From: Longimicrobiales bacterium
GTDB lineage: Bacteria; Gemmatimonadota; Gemmatimonadetes; Longimicrobiales; Gaopeijiaceae
Assembly: GCA_965202805.1 (NCBI GenBank)
Contig: OZ241869.1
Location: forward strand, 1,216,001-1,280,000
Length of the DNA stretch: 64,000 bases
Direction of reading: 5' to 3'
Made by a program: the position numbers and the translations under genes
Shown here: positions 60,696-64,000 of the stretch, in pieces
How positions within the stretch are numbered: the stretch's first letter is position 1
How the letters are laid out: every line of letters begins with the position of its first letter
The notes under the pieces: generated by a model
Databases searched by the model: none
What the model was told of the DNA's origin: nothing
What the model saw: only the letters and a program-made list of their open reading frames with translations

Positions 60696-63694
60696 AAGAC
60701 ATCACGTTGGCCACCAGTAACCCGGCGCTTCCAGGTCGGCGTACGGCTTCGGTTCATGCCGCCGTCCTGGGCCTTGCGCTCCTGCTGGCCGCCCCTCTGG
60801 CCGCTCAGCAGGGCCAGATCACGGGGCTCGTCACCAACGCCGCCACCGGCCAGCCCATCTCCTCGGCCCAGGTTTTCATCCCCGAGTTGAACATGGGAGC
60901 CCTCTCGGCTTCCAACGGCCGCTACCTCCTGCTGGGTGTGAACGCCGGCACACATACGGTGCGCGTCGAGCGCATCGGTTTCGCCGCAGCCACCACCGAG
61001 GTCACGGTCATGGTCGACCAGACCGCCGAAGCGAACTTCCAGCTCCAGGAGGTGGCCCTGAACCTGGACGAGATCGTGGTGACCGGGACCGGTGCCCCCA
61101 CCCAGCGGCGCCGGTTGGGACAGACCATTACCTCGGTCACGTCTGACGAGCTGGCGATCGCGCCCATCACAAGCCTTTCCGACGCGCTGGTGGGGCGGCT
61201 CGCCGGCGCCCGCGGCCTGATCTCGGGAGGTCAGACCGGCGCGGGGAGCGCGATCACGCTTCGGGGCACGTCGAGCATCAGCCAGCGGCAAAGTCCTCTC
61301 ATCTACGTGGACGGCGTCCGCCTCGACAACGCGCTTGAGGACGCCCAGTCCGCGACCACCGATCGGTTGCAGGACATCAACCCGCAGGACATCGACCGGG
61401 TTGAAGTCATCCGGGGCGCCGCCGCCGCCACCCTCTACGGCACCGAGGCCTCGAGCGGCGTGATCCAGATCTTCACCAAGCGGGGGCAGACGGGCGCGCC
61501 GGTGTACGCCTTTTCCACCGACCTCCAGCACCTGAGCTTCCCGCGCGCCTTCCCGGACAACTGCGGATACAACCGCGCCGAGCACCAGCTTCTCTGTGAC
61601 AGTCCCTGGGACGCGAACAAGGTCCTGGGATACCATCAGAACTACAACCTGTCCGTTCGGGGCGGGACACCCGGCCTGCGCTACTACCTGTCCGGGCGCC
61701 TGATGGATGAGAGGAATCCCTCACCCAACAACGAACTGGCCAACCAGTCCGTGCGTGCTTCCTTCGACTTCACCCACACCGAGAAGCTGAGCAGCCAGGT
61801 CGGGGTGAACGTCGTTCGGCGCAATCTGAGGACGGCCACCCCGGGCTGGGGCGACCTCTTCGGAAACCTCATGCTGGGGAATCCGCTGCGCGCGACCGAG
61901 ACCAACCCCCACGGCGCGTACACGCCGCTCCTGGCCAGCCGCATCACGGAGAACTTCCAGGAGTCCGTCAACACCATGCTGAGCGGCTCGCTGGTCTACC
62001 AGTGGGCCGACGGCCTCAGCTCCACTCTTCAGGTGGGACACAACTTCATCGACAGCCGCTTCAGCGAGTTCTTCCCCCAGGGCGTGGTCGCGGAGTCGGT
62101 CACAGGGTACAAAAGGGTGAGGAACTCGAGATTCGCCACCACGACTCTGGATTTCAGCACTCACTGGGAGACCCAGATCAGCGACCGGATGGTCGGAAAC
62201 GTGACCGTGGGCGGCCAGAGCTTCCGCGAAGTGCAGGCCTTCGAGGTGGCCTCCGTGCGCGAGTTCGGATCGCCCACGCTCAAGACCCTGAGCGGGGGAG
62301 CCCAGATCACCGGCGTGAGCGAAGGCTATGAGGAGGTGATCAACGCGGGCCTTTTCGTACAGGGTCAGGTCGGGCTCGACGACAGGCTGTTCCTCACCGG
62401 CGGCGTGCGGGCCGACGGCAACTCGGCCTTCGGTGAGGACTTCGGCCTGCAGGTCTATCCCAAGGCCGGCGTGTCGTGGGTCGTCTCCGAGTACGACTTC
62501 TGGAACGTCGGCTGGATGAACGAATTGAGGTTGCGCGCTGCCCTGGGAGCTTCCGGCCTTCAGCCGGGCGCCTTCGACGCGCAGCGCACCTGGAACCCCA
62601 ACAGCAGCGTCATCGGCGGCTACCTGACGCCCGAGAACCTCGGCAACTCGGAACTCAAGCCCGAACGCTCCACCGAGATCGAGATGGCGATCGAGACCGG
62701 GATGCTGGACGGCCGTTTCGGGATGGAGCTGGTCTACTTCAATCAGACCACCAACGACGCCCTGCTCCCGGTGCCGCCTTCGCCGGGTGACGGTTTCGTC
62801 AACTCGCAGCTCCGGAACCTGGGCACGCTAAAGTCGTGGGGGCTCGAACTGACGGCGAATGCGCGCCTGATTCAGAGCCCGGACTTCACCTGGGATCTGA
62901 CGCTGAGCCCGACCTATCTCAAGCAGTGGGCCGACGATCTGGGCGGGCAGCCCGACCGGCGGCTCGGCCGGCGCCGCCGCTTCCACTCCCTCTACGAGGG
63001 CATGTGGCCAGGTATCTGGATCGCCCCCATCGTCGATCCCAACCAGCCCTACATTCTCTCCGGACCCATCGACGAGATCCGCAGCCGCCGGGACATCGCG
63101 CCCAACATCCTGAAGGCGGCCGACGGCACCGACTCGCTGGCGGTAATCGGAAGACCCCAGCCGAACTGGACCGTCGACATCCGCAGCGCCATGCAGATCG
63201 GGAGCTTCACCTTCCGCAACATCCTCGAGGCGGCGGGCGGCTTCATCGTATCGAACGAGACCGACCATCTGCGCAACGCGCTCGGCAACGGCCCATTGGT
63301 GGCCACGCTGGAGCACACCCTCAACGACCCCAACGCCAGCACCGAGGAGAAGCAGCGGCTGGTCGACGAGTACGGACGAAAACACAACGGGGTCATCTCC
63401 AACACCGTATATCCGGGCGATTACCTGCGCTGGGCCGAGGCCACGGTCTCCTGGCAGCTGCCGGACGCGCTTGCCGAGCGCATTGCCGCCACCAGCGCGC
63501 AGATCAGCCTGGGCGTCAAGAACCTCAAGGTCTTCAGCGACTATCTGAGTTCGCCGAAGAACGGCTGGATCGATCCGGGTACCCGCGGCATCGAAGCAGG
63601 CACCGACGGAGACGACTACTTCACCCAGAACGTAGACTACCTGAAGGTTCCGGCTCCGAGACGAATCGTCTTCTCCCTCAGGGCCCAGTTCTGA
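60692..63694 (+). CDS. SusC/RagA-like TonB-dependent outer-membrane transporter
   Basis: Signal peptide; carboxypeptidase-like N-terminal domain; LDEIVVTG, PLIYVDGV, DINPQDIDRVEVIRGAAAATLYGTEASSGVIQIFTK, LKPERS; terminal F; CAGGAGG RBS. Confidence 0.93.
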   Translation: MKDITLATSNPALPGRRTASVHAAVLGLALLLAAPLAAQQGQITGLVTNAATGQPISSAQVFIPELNMGALSASNGRYLLLGVNAGTHTVRVERIGFAAATTEVTVMVDQTAEANFQLQEVALNLDEIVVTGTGAPTQRRRLGQTITSVTSDELAIAPITSLSDALVGRLAGARGLISGGQTGAGSAITLRGTSSISQRQSPLIYVDGVRLDNALEDAQSATTDRLQDINPQDIDRVEVIRGAAAATLYGTEASSGVIQIFTKRGQTGAPVYAFSTDLQHLSFPRAFPDNCGYNRAEHQLLCDSPWDANKVLGYHQNYNLSVRGGTPGLRYYLSGRLMDERNPSPNNELANQSVRASFDFTHTEKLSSQVGVNVVRRNLRTATPGWGDLFGNLMLGNPLRATETNPHGAYTPLLASRITENFQESVNTMLSGSLVYQWADGLSSTLQVGHNFIDSRFSEFFPQGVVAESVTGYKRVRNSRFATTTLDFSTHWETQISDRMVGNVTVGGQSFREVQAFEVASVREFGSPTLKTLSGGAQITGVSEGYEEVINAGLFVQGQVGLDDRLFLTGGVRADGNSAFGEDFGLQVYPKAGVSWVVSEYDFWNVGWMNELRLRAALGASGLQPGAFDAQRTWNPNSSVIGGYLTPENLGNSELKPERSTEIEMAIETGMLDGRFGMELVYFNQTTNDALLPVPPSPGDGFVNSQLRNLGTLKSWGLELTANARLIQSPDFTWDLTLSPTYLKQWADDLGGQPDRRLGRRRRFHSLYEGMWPGIWIAPIVDPNQPYILSGPIDEIRSRRDIAPNILKAADGTDSLAVIGRPQPNWTVDIRSAMQIGSFTFRNILEAAGGFIVSNETDHLRNALGNGPLVATLEHTLNDPNASTEEKQRLVDEYGRKHNGVISNTVYPGDYLRWAEATVSWQLPDALAERIAATSAQISLGVKNLKVFSDYLSSPKNGWIDPGTRGIEAGTDGDDYFTQNVDYLKVPAPRRIVFSLRAQF

Positions 63695-63752
63695 CCGGGC
63701 CGAACATGCGGAGGCAATCATGAACGTGCATGAGAGACAAGGGAGTCGACCG

Positions 63753-64000
63753 ATGACAAAGAACGGAAACGCAGGTGCCGGAAGATTCACGGGAACACCA
63801 CGACTGAGAGGTCTCGCGGTCCTCGCTTCGGGAGTGCTGCTGACTGCGGCCATCGGATGCAGCGACTTTCTGGAGGTGGACAACCCGGCCAGCCTGCTGG
63901 ACGAGGATCTGGAGCGGAAGGAGCTTCTGGGAACGCTGGCCAATACGCCGGAAGGGAATCTCGCCGGCACCTACTCCAGCCTGCTGACGCGACACGGGCT
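63753..64000 (+). CDS. SusD/RagB-like lipoprotein (3' truncated by the window edge)
   Basis: GGGAG RBS; MTKNG...VLLTAAIG-C-SDFLEVDNP lipobox; follows the SusC-like gene. Confidence 0.75.
   Translation, partial: MTKNGNAGAGRFTGTPRLRGLAVLASGVLLTAAIGCSDFLEVDNPASLLDEDLERKELLGTLANTPEGNLAGTYSSLLTRHG

Overview
GC-rich bacterial chromosomal window. The gene content suggests a Gram-negative, probably marine Gemmatimonadota-like organism; this is inference only. It carries about 45 genes, mostly housekeeping or metabolic: two trans-sulfuration enzymes, purD, mutM, an M16 peptidase pair, ubiE/menG, an ECF sigma/anti-sigma envelope operon, mrp/nfu, a glycosylation cluster, pruA-proC, an Ntn acylase, a STAS/GHKL pair, sugar kinases, lepA, ltaE, mmuM, pfk, a MutS-like ATPase, an S9 peptidase, kynureninase and a DUF1592-SusC-SusD operon. 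I found no rRNA, tRNA, CRISPR array or mobile element. Four things stand out. (1) A convergent two-operon beta-1,3-glucan (laminarin-type) locus at 36.2-48.3 kb has no SusC/D. It encodes a multi-repeat glycan-binding lipoprotein, a ROK repressor, GH16, GH3 and a clan GH-A hydrolase fused to a probable outer-membrane beta-barrel. Its GPH/MFS permease carries a circularly permuted copy of the lipoprotein repeat in a predicted periplasmic loop. Both ends of the locus share the same operator/promoter architecture. (2) An ArsC-like selenoprotein (UxxC plus a SECIS-like hairpin) is missed by the ORF track. (3) Four genes appear to start at CUG. (4) Two SigW-like ECF promoters flank the ECF sigma gene.
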